Assembly: GCA_963796685.1 (NCBI GenBank) | Contig: CAWCMR010000026.1 | Coordinates: 32,001-96,000 of the forward strand | From: an uncultured delta proteobacterium | GTDB taxonomy: Bacteria; Myxococcota_A; Polyangia; Fen-1088 | Reading direction: 5' to 3' | DNA: 64,000 nucleotides | In this document: positions 1-8,681 of the stretch, piece after piece | Numbering within the stretch: position 1 is the first letter of the stretch | Layout: every line of letters starts with the position of its first letter | The notes under the pieces: generated by a model | The model's database searches: none | What the model was told of the DNA's origin: nothing | What the model saw: the letters and a program-made list of their open reading frames with translations, nothing else | Position numbers and translations under genes: made by a program

Positions 1-218
1 ACCACGGTGTCCCGGCACAGGCGCCGCGCGCGCGCCAGGGCCATGCCTTTGCGGATGCCGTGTTGAAAGGCCTCGTCGCTCATGTCGAACACGGCGGCGC
101 GGCTCGCGCCCTCGGGCGCGATGACCACCGGCCGTTCGCGCAGGCGGGCGTCGAGCACGCGTTCGACCGCCACCGCGAAGTCCGCGACGTTGAGGTGAAT
201 GATCGTGCGCGCTTCCAT
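1..218 (-). CDS. Y-family DNA polymerase-like protein (DinB/ImuB-like), N-terminal part, runs off the window edge
   Basis: Manual translation from ATG 218: MEARTIIHLNVADFAVAVERVLDARLRERPVVIAPEGASRAAVFDMSDEAFQHGIRKGMALARARRLC. This matches the IMS-domain start (IIHxDxDxF..VE...L...PVV...S.EA...GI..GM....A..LC). It is not in the ORF track. Confidence 0.85.
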   Translation of the reverse strand, partial: MEARTIIHLNVADFAVAVERVLDARLRERPVVIAPEGASRAAVFDMSDEAFQHGIRKGMALARARRLCRDTV

Positions 219-229
219 TCCTCACCCGC

Positions 230-1078
230 TTACGCCGCCAGCAAGCCGGCCTTGTGCAGAAGCTCGACCAGCCGGCGCGCGTTGCGTGGCGCCTGGCCGC
301 GCACGTGGTTGTTGAAAAACAGCACGCCGGTTTTCGCCGCCTCGAGCAGGCGGCGCAGCCGCTTGTCCATCCACGCCTCGATTTCGCCGTCGGAATAGTC
401 GTAATCGAACTGCGTCGCCATCTTGTTCGAGCGCCAGCCGAGGGCGTTGCGGCCGTGGAAGCGCACGTAGAAAAGCTCGGGGTTGGTGACCACGTCGAGG
501 GAGGGAAAGAGCCCGGGCAGCTCAGGCTCGTCGACCGTGACCAGGGTGACGTGCCGCTTTTCGAGCTCGGCGAACACCGTGTCCTTCGCCCACGAGGCGT
601 TGCGGAACTCGACCGCGAGCGGCAGTCCTTGCAATTCGGATAGCAGCGCTCCGAGATACGACCGGTGCTTGGGCGAGCGATCGAAGCTGGCGCCGAATTG
701 AATCAGGACGGCGCGCAGCTGGTGCGACTGGACCAGCGGCGCGATGCCGAGGCGATACTTCTCGGCCTCGCCCTGCCAGGCCTTGGCGTCGATCTCGTGG
801 GTCAGGGTGCGGGTCAGCTTGGCGCAAAAAAGAAAATCCGGTGGCACGAGAGCGCGCTGCCGCTCGACCGCCTCGGCGCGCGGCATCTGATACCAGGTGT
901 AGTTCAGCTCGGTGACCGGAAATTCGCGCGCATAGAGCGGCAGCATCTGGCCGGCCTTGGTGCCCGGCGGATAGATCCCGGCCTCGATCCACTCGGGATA
1001 GGAATAGCCGGACGTGCCGACCCAAAGCGCGCGAGCGCTAGCGGGACCGGCTGGCCTTTTTGGGGAAGAACCTGACAT
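230..1078 (-). CDS. DUF72 domain-containing protein
   Basis: Motifs VGTSGYSY.EW, ELN.TWY..P, AVEFRN.SW, YVRFHGRN, FDYDYS, FFNNH..GQAP.NA. Confidence 0.92.
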   Translation of the reverse strand: MSGSSPKRPAGPASARALWVGTSGYSYPEWIEAGIYPPGTKAGQMLPLYAREFPVTELNYTWYQMPRAEAVERQRALVPPDFLFCAKLTRTLTHEIDAKAWQGEAEKYRLGIAPLVQSHQLRAVLIQFGASFDRSPKHRSYLGALLSELQGLPLAVEFRNASWAKDTVFAELEKRHVTLVTVDEPELPGLFPSLDVVTNPELFYVRFHGRNALGWRSNKMATQFDYDYSDGEIEAWMDKRLRRLLEAAKTGVLFFNNHVRGQAPRNARRLVELLHKAGLLAA

Positions 1079-1092
1079 CGCGAATTGCCTGA

Positions 1093-1109
1093 CCTGGACG
1101 GACGTTCAG
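1093..1109 (-). promoter_or_regulatory. LexA (SOS) box, Myxococcus type
   Basis: Minus strand CTGAACGTCCGTCCAGG matches the M. xanthus consensus CTRHAMRYBYGTTCAGS (recalled) at 16/17 positions. It lies about 15 bp upstream of the DUF72 start codon. Confidence 0.7.
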
Positions 1110-1150
1110 TATCCCCATGCCACCCTCATCCGTCAAGCCGCGGATCCATG

Positions 1151-1344
1151 ATCCCGCGATAGGCGCGGGAGGTCGTGGCGGTGGTCGTGGCCGTGGCCGT
1201 GGCCGGAGTGATCTTCGTCGGCCACGGCCACGGCCACGACCACCGCCACGACCACCCTTCGTCGGCCGACCTGGGCGAGCAATTTTCCCTTGGGCTACCC
1301 CTTCCGCGAGGCGCTCCGCGGCTTCGCTACGCTTGCCGCGGGAT
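1151..1344. mobile_element. MITE-like element, family A, copy 1, with internal hairpin
   Basis: Ends ATCCCGCG...CGCGGGAT. Internal inverted arms GGTCGTGGCGGTGGTCGTGGCCGTGGCCGTGGCC / GGCCACGGCCACGGCCACGACCACCGCCACGACC enclose the loop GGAGTGATCTTCGTC. A homologous inverted copy is at 27294-27490. Confidence 0.75.
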
Positions 1345-1409
1345 TACGGGAGATGCCGCGTGCTTGCCAAGCACCTTGGGCGATCGCACAATCTGCGCGG
1401 TACGGGGTG

Positions 1410-2327
1410 ATGGTCGAGAAACCAGGCGAAAAGCTTCAAATGCTGGTGACCGGCGCGACGGGGCTCATCGGCAGGGCGCTACTCGATCGGCTTGGACAGG
1501 CGGTGGTGCTGACCCGCGATCCGGAGCGCGCCAAGCAAAGCCTTGCCGCCGCCAAAGCGCATGCGTGGTTGCCCGAGGCCGGGCCACCTCCCCTTGATGC
1601 CTTGGATGGCGTGGACGTGGTCTTCAATCTTGCGGGCGAGCCCATCGCCGAAGGGCGCTGGACCTCGGACAAGAAGCGCCGCATCCGCGACAGCCGGGTG
1701 CTCGGCACGCGCAACCTGGTGGCCGGGCTCGCCGCCCTGGAGAGCCGTCCGCGCGTGCTCGTGTCGGCGTCGGCGGTCGGCTACTACGGCGATCGGGGCG
1801 ACGACGAGCTCTCGGAGAGCTCGGCCGCCGGGCGAGGATTTCTCGCGGACGTGTGCGCGGAGTGGGAACGCGAGGCCATGGCCGCGGAAACCCTGGGCGT
1901 GCGCGTGGTCCGCGTGCGTATCGGCATCGTGCTGGCCAAGGGCGGGGGCGCACTGGCGAGAATGCTCCCGGCGTTTCGCCTGGGGGCTGGCGGAAAGCTT
2001 GGCGACGGCAGTCAGTGGATGCCGTGGGTTCACCTCGACGACGTGGTCGGCATCCTGCTGCACGCCAGTCAGGACGGGCGCATCCAGGGCGCCGTGAACG
2101 CCGTGGGACCGCGACCGGTCACGAACGCCGCCTTCACGCGCGCCCTCGCGCGGGCCGCGCACCGCCCGGCGTTTCTCACGGTACCGAAGCTCGCGCTGCG
2201 CCTGGCGTTCGGCGAGATGGGCGAGATCCTCACCGATTCGCAGCGGGTGCTCCCGACGGTGGCCGAGCAAACCGGCTATGCCTTCAAGTACGCCGACCTC
2301 GGCGCCGCCCTGAAGGTGGCGCTCTAG
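1410..2327 (+). CDS. TIGR01777 family NAD-dependent epimerase/oxidoreductase (YfcH/SDR39U1-like)
   Basis: LVTGATGLIG, NLAGEPIA..RW, SASAVGYYG, C..WE, G.Q..PWVH.DD and SQRV.P motifs; start probably ATG 1410 (or 1440). Confidence 0.92.
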   Translation: MVEKPGEKLQMLVTGATGLIGRALLDRLGQAVVLTRDPERAKQSLAAAKAHAWLPEAGPPPLDALDGVDVVFNLAGEPIAEGRWTSDKKRRIRDSRVLGTRNLVAGLAALESRPRVLVSASAVGYYGDRGDDELSESSAAGRGFLADVCAEWEREAMAAETLGVRVVRVRIGIVLAKGGGALARMLPAFRLGAGGKLGDGSQWMPWVHLDDVVGILLHASQDGRIQGAVNAVGPRPVTNAAFTRALARAAHRPAFLTVPKLALRLAFGEMGEILTDSQRVLPTVAEQTGYAFKYADLGAALKVAL

Positions 2328-2330
2328 ATC

Positions 2331-2561
2331 TAGAGCACCGAACGGGTTGAATTCCTCCTGATCCAAGGGATTGCCTGGCGCCGCCGAGGCCGCTATGCAG
2401 AGCGCGCACAAGCCTTTTTTCACACAGAGAATACAGAGGGCACAGAGGCCCGGAAAAGCAAGGGTCTTCCGAATCTCGATCCGAACCCTTCCTTTCTCCT
2501 CCGTCTCTGTGTTCTCTGTGTCCTCTGTGGTTAGAATCCGGAAATTGCGTTCGGTGCTCTA
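2331..2561. mobile_element. MITE-like element, family B, with internal CACAGAG hairpin
   Basis: Perfect 14-bp terminal inverted repeats TAGAGCACCGAACG (2331-2344) / CGTTCGGTGCTCTA (2548-2561). Internal arms CACAGAGAATACAGAGGGCACAGAG ... CTCTGTGTTCTCTGTGTCCTCTGTG. It lies between convergent genes. Confidence 0.75.
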
Positions 2562-3743
2562 AGCCGTATACCGTTCAATCTCGACCGCGCGCCACAGGTA
2601 CCAGCTCGCCACCGATGCGTAGGGCGCCCAGGCCCGCGCCGTCCGCTCGATGGCCTCGGCGCCGGGCAGTCCGCGCGTACCGTAGGTGATGGCAAAGCCC
2701 TTTTGCACGCCTAGATCCGCCACCGGCAGGACGTTCGGCCGGCCGAGATAGAACATCAGCAGCATCTGCGCGCTCCAGCGTCCGATGCCGCGGACCCGGG
2801 ACAGTCGCTCGATGATCTCCGCGTCGGGCATCGCTTCCATCTCGGCGCGCGTGGGCAGACGACCCTCTACGGCGTGGAACGCGAGATCCAAGAGCGCAAG
2901 AGCCTTGTTTTGCGAAAGGCCCGCGCCGCGCAGCTTGGCTTGGGGCAGCGCCAGCATGGCCCCGGGGTCGTCGATTTCCTCTCGCGCACCGTGCTCGTCT
3001 TGCCCCAGCAGCGCGGCCACGCGAACGTAGATGGTGGCCGCCGCCTTGCCGGAGAGCTGCTGCGCGATGATGGCGCGGGCCAGCGCCGCGAACGGCTTCG
3101 GGCCGCCGCGCGTCTTGGGGGCGGCGGCCTGCAGGGTGAACGGTCCCGCGCGGTCGATCAGCTTGCCCAGGCGAGGATCGGCGCTTTTCAGGTGTGCGAC
3201 CGCCGCGTGCTCGTCGAAGGTCACGTTCGATGTGCGGCCGCGATAGCCCTCGCGCCAGAGCAGGCGCAATTTCGTGGGTACGCCGCTGCCCGCCGAGTAT
3301 GCGCCGAATCCGGAATGCGAGAAGACACGGTGGCAGGGCACGATGATGGGCCAGGGATTGGTGGACATGGCTCGCCCCGTCGCACGGACCGCGCCCGCCG
3401 AGCCGACCACCGCGGCCAGCTCGCCGTAGGTGCGAGTTTCGCCGGATGGGATGGCCTGGGCGGCGCGCTGCACGCGCAGCAAGAAGGGCGGGGCGTCCCT
3501 GGTGTCGAGCCCCACGCCCGAGAAGTCCTGGGCCGCGCCGCCGATATGCGCCTTGAGCGCCAGCGCGACCTCGGCGACCTCCCGCGGAGGGCGTGCCTCG
3601 ATCCGTAGCCCGGCGCGGGTCAGAGCCGCGGTTTCGAGGTCGCTCCAGTCGGGGCTGGGGAGCAGCACGCGCGAAATGCCGTGCTCGTTGAAACCAATGG
3701 CGAGGGTGCCGAGGTCGGTGCGAATCTTCGTGAAGGAACCCAT
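2559..3743 (-). CDS. Fused methylated-DNA--protein-cysteine methyltransferase (Ogt) + DNA-3-methyladenine glycosylase (AlkA-like HhH-GPD)
   Basis: N-half: IP.GET.TYGELA, RA.G.A...NP.PIIVPCHRV. C-half: AIIAQQLSGKAA, GLS..K, L..VRGIGRWSA.M, LPVADLGV, W.PY.S.A.WYLW. Confidence 0.92.
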   Translation of the reverse strand: MGSFTKIRTDLGTLAIGFNEHGISRVLLPSPDWSDLETAALTRAGLRIEARPPREVAEVALALKAHIGGAAQDFSGVGLDTRDAPPFLLRVQRAAQAIPSGETRTYGELAAVVGSAGAVRATGRAMSTNPWPIIVPCHRVFSHSGFGAYSAGSGVPTKLRLLWREGYRGRTSNVTFDEHAAVAHLKSADPRLGKLIDRAGPFTLQAAAPKTRGGPKPFAALARAIIAQQLSGKAAATIYVRVAALLGQDEHGAREEIDDPGAMLALPQAKLRGAGLSQNKALALLDLAFHAVEGRLPTRAEMEAMPDAEIIERLSRVRGIGRWSAQMLLMFYLGRPNVLPVADLGVQKGFAITYGTRGLPGAEAIERTARAWAPYASVASWYLWRAVEIERYTA

Positions 3744-3937
3744 GGACTCTCAGATGAACCTTCGGGGCGGAAAGATTTCTGACCTTTGTCGAAAGGGAAG
3801 CAACTCTTGAACGGACACAGGAGTCTAGCGATGCAGCACGACCGCGATCCAAGGAAAATTCGATGGCGTCCTGCGCATTGTAATGTTTGCCCTCCCGCCA
3901 CCGTGTTGTACTGAGGACCTCTTTCCGGCAGGATGGC

Positions 3938-4586
3938 ATGCAGGTCGCACTCTCCACGATGGCCGTCTCGCCGCCGCTGCCTCAGGCATTCCTTTCCGCG
4001 TCGGATTCCTCTGACGAGGCTTTGGTGCGCGCGGCGCGGGCCGGCGACCGCCGCGCGTGTTTCGCCATCTGGTCCAAATACGCCGCCCTGGTCCAGCGCC
4101 TGGCGCGGCGGTTTCTCGGGCCGGGCCCCGACTACGCCGATCTCTGTCAAGAAGCCTTCCTGCGCATCTTCAAACGGTTGGATGAGTTGCGCGAACCGGC
4201 TGCGTTGCGTGGGTTCGTGGTCAGCGTCACCCTGGGCGTGGCGCGCAACGAGGTTCGGCGGCGGCGCATCCGCGCCATCGTCGGGCTCGTGCCCGAAGAG
4301 GTCTTGCCGGCGGCGCCAGAGCTTCCGGGGCAGGGCGAGGCCAGGGAGGAGGCGCGGGCGCTCTACCGATTGCTCGGCACCTTGAGCGCGGAAGATTCGC
4401 TCGCTCTTCGTCGCGCGTTTCGTGGAGAAGATGGAGCTTGCCGAGGTCGCGGCGGTGCACGCCATGAGCCTCTCCACGGCCAAGCGCCGCGTGGCGCGGC
4501 TGGTGGCGCGGGTGGACGCGCGTCTCGAATCGAGTCCGGTGTTGCGGGAGTACGTGGGCACGCTCGGGCAAGGGAGGGACACGTGA
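3938..4586 (+). CDS. ECF RNA polymerase sigma factor (one extra base near 4397)
   Basis: Region 2: DEALV...DLCQEAFLRIF..L..LREP. After removing one base at GATTCGC the frame gives region 4, EDRSLFVARFVEKMELAEVAAVHAMSLSTAKRR, and ends at TGA 4584-4586, overlapping the next GTG. Confidence 0.85.
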
Positions 4587-6139
4587 AGGACAAACGCGAA
4601 ACCTCTGTGGCCGCCGAGGCGGACTGCCAGCGTCTGGGCGACCTTGCGGGGATCGCGGTGCCCGTGGAGGCGCGGTCTCCAGGGGCCGGACAGTGGGCCG
4701 AGATTGAACGGCGTCTCGACGGAGTCGGGCGTGGGCCATCGCGCCGGCTTCGCTGGGCGGCGTTCGCCGCATGCGCCGCGCTAGCCCTGTGCGTGGTCGG
4801 CTGGCTGGTGGCGCGGCGACCGCTTGGTTATCGCCTGCAGGGTTGTACCCTGGCCGCCGACGGCAACTTCGAGACCACGGCCAACCGCGGTGGCAGCATC
4901 GCGTTCGAGGATGGCAGCCGCGTGGCGGTCGAGAAGGACGCGCGCTTTCGCCTGGGAATGCTGCCCTTCGGGCGTGGCGCCGAAATCAATCTGGACGAAG
5001 GCCAGGTGCACTTGGCCGTGGTCCATCGCGCGAAGGCACGTTGGGCGGTGCTCGCCGGGCCATTCCGGGTGGACGTGACGGGCACGCGCTTCGGTGTGCT
5101 GTGGTCCCGGCACCGCGGACAGTTCCGCCTTGCCATGCAGGAGGGAGAGGTACGCGTCGGGGGAGGCCCGATTCCCCCGGATACGCGTGTGCATGCAGGG
5201 CAGACCGTGAACGCGGATCTGGTTGGTGGCACCTTCGAGATTGCGAACGAGCGGGCTTTGGCGACGGAAGAGGCCGGCGAAGCGACCGCGCCGGCCTTGC
5301 CACGCGAGCCGAAATCGGCTGGCGCGCACGAAGCGCGTCCGCCCCTTCCCCCGGCCTCGCCGCGCAAACGGATGGAGCCTGTCGCGCGCGCCGAACGCCG
5401 CCTCGCACACGCGACCGAGTCGAGCCGATCCGAGCCCGCGGCAGCGCTCGCACCCCCACCCGAGCCGCCGCTCAATGCCGTCCCGCCCGCTGCGTCCAGG
5501 GGACCCGAGTCCACCTTGCCGCCGCCTCCTTCCGCGCTTCCGTCCGAGCCCACGGAAATCGCCCAGACCACGCCGACGAGCCTACGCGTGGTCATCGGCG
5601 AAACCGGACAATTGGCGAACGGCTTCACCGGGGCCACCTGGATCGCGAGCGGCGAGGGCACGTCCTTCTCTTCGCCAAGCTCGTGGGAGGGCAGGGCTCA
5701 TCTTCTGCCCGAGTCGGGCCTTCTGTGCACCAGCGGAACCGTGGCGGGGCTGTCCTGCGTGAACGAAGGGATGCCGCAGATGCAGTGCAACTGGGGGCGC
5801 AATTGGGGCGTGGCCATCGGCTGGCACACGCGCGCCGACCAAAAGGCCTGGGGGGACGAGGCCGCGCGTGGGATTGCGGTCGAGTTCCGCGGCCGCTCCG
5901 CCAGCTACCGTCTGAACGCGCACCTCAAGGGCGATCCCCTCGAACGCATCTACTGCGTCGAGAACTACAAATCCGGCCAGGTCGTGCGGCCGTCCATGTT
6001 CAAGTCGGAGTGCTGGTTCGACAAGGGCGACACCCTCGATGACTTCCAGCAGGTCGACACCTTCAACCTGCAATTCTCGTCTGGAATGAGCTACGTCGCC
6101 TTCAGGTACTGCGTTTCGGCCATCATGCTCTTTCCGTGA
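4583..6139 (+). CDS. FecR-domain anti-sigma factor with Pro-rich linker and C-terminal putative carbohydrate-binding domain
   Basis: TM helix (WAAFAACAALALCVVGWLV), FecR motifs F.DGSRV, V.AGPF.V.VTGTRF.V.W, EG.V.V; Pro-rich spacer; Cys/Trp-rich beta-sandwich-like C-terminus. Confidence 0.85.
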   Translation: MKDKRETSVAAEADCQRLGDLAGIAVPVEARSPGAGQWAEIERRLDGVGRGPSRRLRWAAFAACAALALCVVGWLVARRPLGYRLQGCTLAADGNFETTANRGGSIAFEDGSRVAVEKDARFRLGMLPFGRGAEINLDEGQVHLAVVHRAKARWAVLAGPFRVDVTGTRFGVLWSRHRGQFRLAMQEGEVRVGGGPIPPDTRVHAGQTVNADLVGGTFEIANERALATEEAGEATAPALPREPKSAGAHEARPPLPPASPRKRMEPVARAERRLAHATESSRSEPAAALAPPPEPPLNAVPPAASRGPESTLPPPPSALPSEPTEIAQTTPTSLRVVIGETGQLANGFTGATWIASGEGTSFSSPSSWEGRAHLLPESGLLCTSGTVAGLSCVNEGMPQMQCNWGRNWGVAIGWHTRADQKAWGDEAARGIAVEFRGRSASYRLNAHLKGDPLERIYCVENYKSGQVVRPSMFKSECWFDKGDTLDDFQQVDTFNLQFSSGMSYVAFRYCVSAIMLFP

Positions 6140-6151
6140 CCGCCGAATACC

Positions 6152-7420
6152 CTAAAACGTGAACGCGACGTCATCGATCCAGATCCCGAAGTTGGCGCCC
6201 ACGGGGATCTGGAACAGGACCTGGTACAGACTGGACGGGTCGAAGGCCGTCCCCGCTTGCCCCCCGCCTTCCTGGGCAAGTTGGCTGAACATCACCGTGT
6301 ACTTGGTCCACGTCGAGTCCAGGGTAACGCGATAGCCGTAGTGATCGTAGCACGCCGTCGGGCCCGTCGAGACGCCGGGCTGGCAGATGTTGCCGTCGGG
6401 CTGCGTGTCCTTGTCCGGGAAGGCGACGCGTACCACCGATGAGGTGCCTGCGTCGACCTTGGCCCAGAAGCTGATGCCCTTGTACTTGGACGCATCGTAG
6501 GGGCTGCCGAGCCCGAACCAGACGTTGGCGCCCCACAGGACGTAGCCGCCGCCGGCGACGTAGGCCGCGTATTTGCGGCACGGATCTCCGGTGTCGGTCG
6601 GGGCGAAGCCCGTGTTGGGGTCGGGATACATTTTGGCGTTCGGACTGTCGTCGTGGCTGTCGGACCACGCGCCGGCGCGGCCGTTGACGGAGGGAATGAA
6701 GCGATCGCCGTCGTTCAGGTCGTCGATCAATTCTTCGTTGCTGGCCAATCCCGGACAGGTGCTGCCGTCGGCGCCCGAATCCGCGTTTCCACCCGCGCCT
6801 CCGGTCCGCACGTCGAGCCCGCCGTCCCTGCCGATCGCTCCGCCGCTGCCCCCGAAGCCAGCATCAGGGCCGATGGCTCCCGCCGACCCTCCGGTGCTGC
6901 CCCCGGCGCCGATGCGCCCTCCGGTCGCGAGCGAGCCGCCCGCGCCGCCCCTGCTTCCACCGACCTGGCCCCCCAGCCCGCTGCCGCCCGCGCCGCCCTT
7001 GCTCCCGCCGGCCTGGCCGCCCAGGCCGCTGCCACCCGCGCCACCCTTGCTCCCGCCGGCCTGGCCGCCCAGGCCGCTGCCACCCGCGCCACCCTTGCTC
7101 CCGCCGGCCTGGCCGCCCAGGCCGCTGCCACCCGCGCCACCCTTGCTCCCGCCCATGGAGGATCCGCCCGGACCCATGCCGCCGAATCCGCCCACGGTGC
7201 CGCCCACGTTTGGAATCCCACCCGTGCCGGGTCGCCCGCCGCTGCCGTGAATACCGCCGGTGCCGGGTTGCCCGCCGCTGCCGAGAACGCCGCCCACGCC
7301 ACCCGTTGCAACGATGGGCTCTTCGTCCAGCGTATCGAGCGTGCTGCGCGCGCCGCAGCCCAAGGTGAGGAGCAATCCAAAGTGTAGGGCGAGCTTTTCG
7401 AATTTCGACTTCATGAACAT
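6152..7420 (-). CDS. Gly-rich lipoprotein with C-terminal CBM11/galactose-binding-like domain
   Basis: Lipobox LTLGC, Gly-rich stalk, then LIDDL.DGD...YDASKYKGISFWAK...FGIWIDDVAF. Confidence 0.75.
   Translation of the reverse strand: MFMKSKFEKLALHFGLLLTLGCGARSTLDTLDEEPIVATGGVGGVLGSGGQPGTGGIHGSGGRPGTGGIPNVGGTVGGFGGMGPGGSSMGGSKGGAGGSGLGGQAGGSKGGAGGSGLGGQAGGSKGGAGGSGLGGQAGGSKGGAGGSGLGGQVGGSRGGAGGSLATGGRIGAGGSTGGSAGAIGPDAGFGGSGGAIGRDGGLDVRTGGAGGNADSGADGSTCPGLASNEELIDDLNDGDRFIPSVNGRAGAWSDSHDDSPNAKMYPDPNTGFAPTDTGDPCRKYAAYVAGGGYVLWGANVWFGLGSPYDASKYKGISFWAKVDAGTSSVVRVAFPDKDTQPDGNICQPGVSTGPTACYDHYGYRVTLDSTWTKYTVMFSQLAQEGGGQAGTAFDPSSLYQVLFQIPVGANFGIWIDDVAFTF
6932..7153 (-). repeat. Coding tandem repeat, 48 bp x ~4.6 (GGSKGGAGGSGLGGQA)
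   Basis: Near-identical in-frame units visible in DNA and protein. Confidence 0.9.
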
Positions 7421-7561
7421 GGCCTTTGTCGGAGTCGCCAACACTATGGCATGGCTCAGAGGCTTTTTCGCGTTAGTGGCATGACGGTTCAAGGTGCCAA
7501 TCATCACATACCACCAAGGGGCGGTTTCCCCTTTGTGTATGAAATGAGGTCTAATAGAGCC

Positions 7562-8314
7562 ATGCGGTCGCTAGCCCTGCTTGCAATGGTAGCATTTACG
7601 ATTACATGTGGGCCATCGCCGGATGCAAAGCTTCCCGGCTATACCGAGGGCACGGGCGGCTCGACCTCGGCGGGAGTGGGAGGTACGACGGATACGGGTG
7701 GCACGAGCGAGATCGGCACGGGCGGCCGCACTGGCGCGGGCGGCTCGTCGGCCGTGGGCACCGGCGGCAAGACGGGCAGCGGCGGCAGGGTTGGGACGGG
7801 CGGCAGCTCCGGCAGCGGCGGCAGGCTCGGTGCCGATGCCGGCCGCGACAGCGCAGCCTCGCCGGACGGCCGTGCTGGCACGGACGGCCGCCTGCCGGGC
7901 ACAGGGGGGGCGTTGTTCGGCACCGGCGGTGCGGGCAGCGGCGACGCGGCCAAGGGCACAGGCGGAGGTGGCGGCGCTGCGACAGGTGGAATCTCGGGCA
8001 CGCGCGACGCCGCCATGCCGCCACCCGATTCGGCGGGAAATTGCTTGAGCCAGCTTATCGCCAATGGCTACGCCTGTGGGAGCGCTCCTCCATGCAGCGC
8101 ATGCAAGGACAATTCGACGTCCAAAGCGGCGGAATGCCAGGCGGTGCTAGATTGCATCGAGGCTGGCTACCCGTGCACGGGCAACTGCCCTACTGAGTGC
8201 TTCAACAAGAACGGGGGCAACGGTCCTGTCCAGACCTGCGTCACCGCCCTGCAGACCGCCGCCTGCAGCGCTTCCGGTTGCGGGGTCACGCTGCCGCCCA
8301 ACGGTGGCGGCTAG
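7562..8314 (+). CDS. Gly-rich secreted/lipoprotein with Cys-rich C-terminus
   Basis: Signal MRSLALLAMVAFTITC, repeated GTGG, C-terminal domain with many Cys. Confidence 0.7.
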   Translation: MRSLALLAMVAFTITCGPSPDAKLPGYTEGTGGSTSAGVGGTTDTGGTSEIGTGGRTGAGGSSAVGTGGKTGSGGRVGTGGSSGSGGRLGADAGRDSAASPDGRAGTDGRLPGTGGALFGTGGAGSGDAAKGTGGGGGAATGGISGTRDAAMPPPDSAGNCLSQLIANGYACGSAPPCSACKDNSTSKAAECQAVLDCIEAGYPCTGNCPTECFNKNGGNGPVQTCVTALQTAACSASGCGVTLPPNGGG

Positions 8315-8364
8315 CCTCTCGCCAACGGCGTGACAGACTGATTCATGATCCTGGGTCTTGCGCT

Positions 8365-8601
8365 GTGAGCGATCTCGTTCGTACGAACAAGCTGCCCTAC
8401 GTCGTCAAGCTGGCGCGCGGGGACTACTACTGGTGCGCCTGCGGGTTGTCCAAGCGGCAGCCCTACTGCGACGGATCGCACCGAGGCACCCTGCACTCGC
8501 CCATGAAGGTCGCTCAAACCGAACCCGGCGAGGTCAAGCTGTGCGGCTGCAAGCAGTCGGCGACGAAGCCCTACTGCGATTGCACCCACGAAAAGCTGTA
8601 G
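8365..8601 (+). CDS. CDGSH iron-sulfur domain protein (two motifs)
   Basis: WCACGLSKRQPYCDGSH and LCGCKQSATKPYCDCTH; GTG start at 8365. Confidence 0.9.
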   Translation: MSDLVRTNKLPYVVKLARGDYYWCACGLSKRQPYCDGSHRGTLHSPMKVAQTEPGEVKLCGCKQSATKPYCDCTHEKL

Positions 8602-8681
8602 GATCGAGGTAGACGACCAAGCACGGGACGGCCCCCGGACGCTGGCGCGCCAGCGGAAGCACCCCGTGGTATCCTTCCCGA

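Noticed and set aside
3887-6139. Apparent sigma factor-FecR fusion ORF (750 aa)
   Set aside because: Sigma region 4 is in another frame after one extra base near 4397 and ends at a GTGA overlap, so these are two ordinary genes
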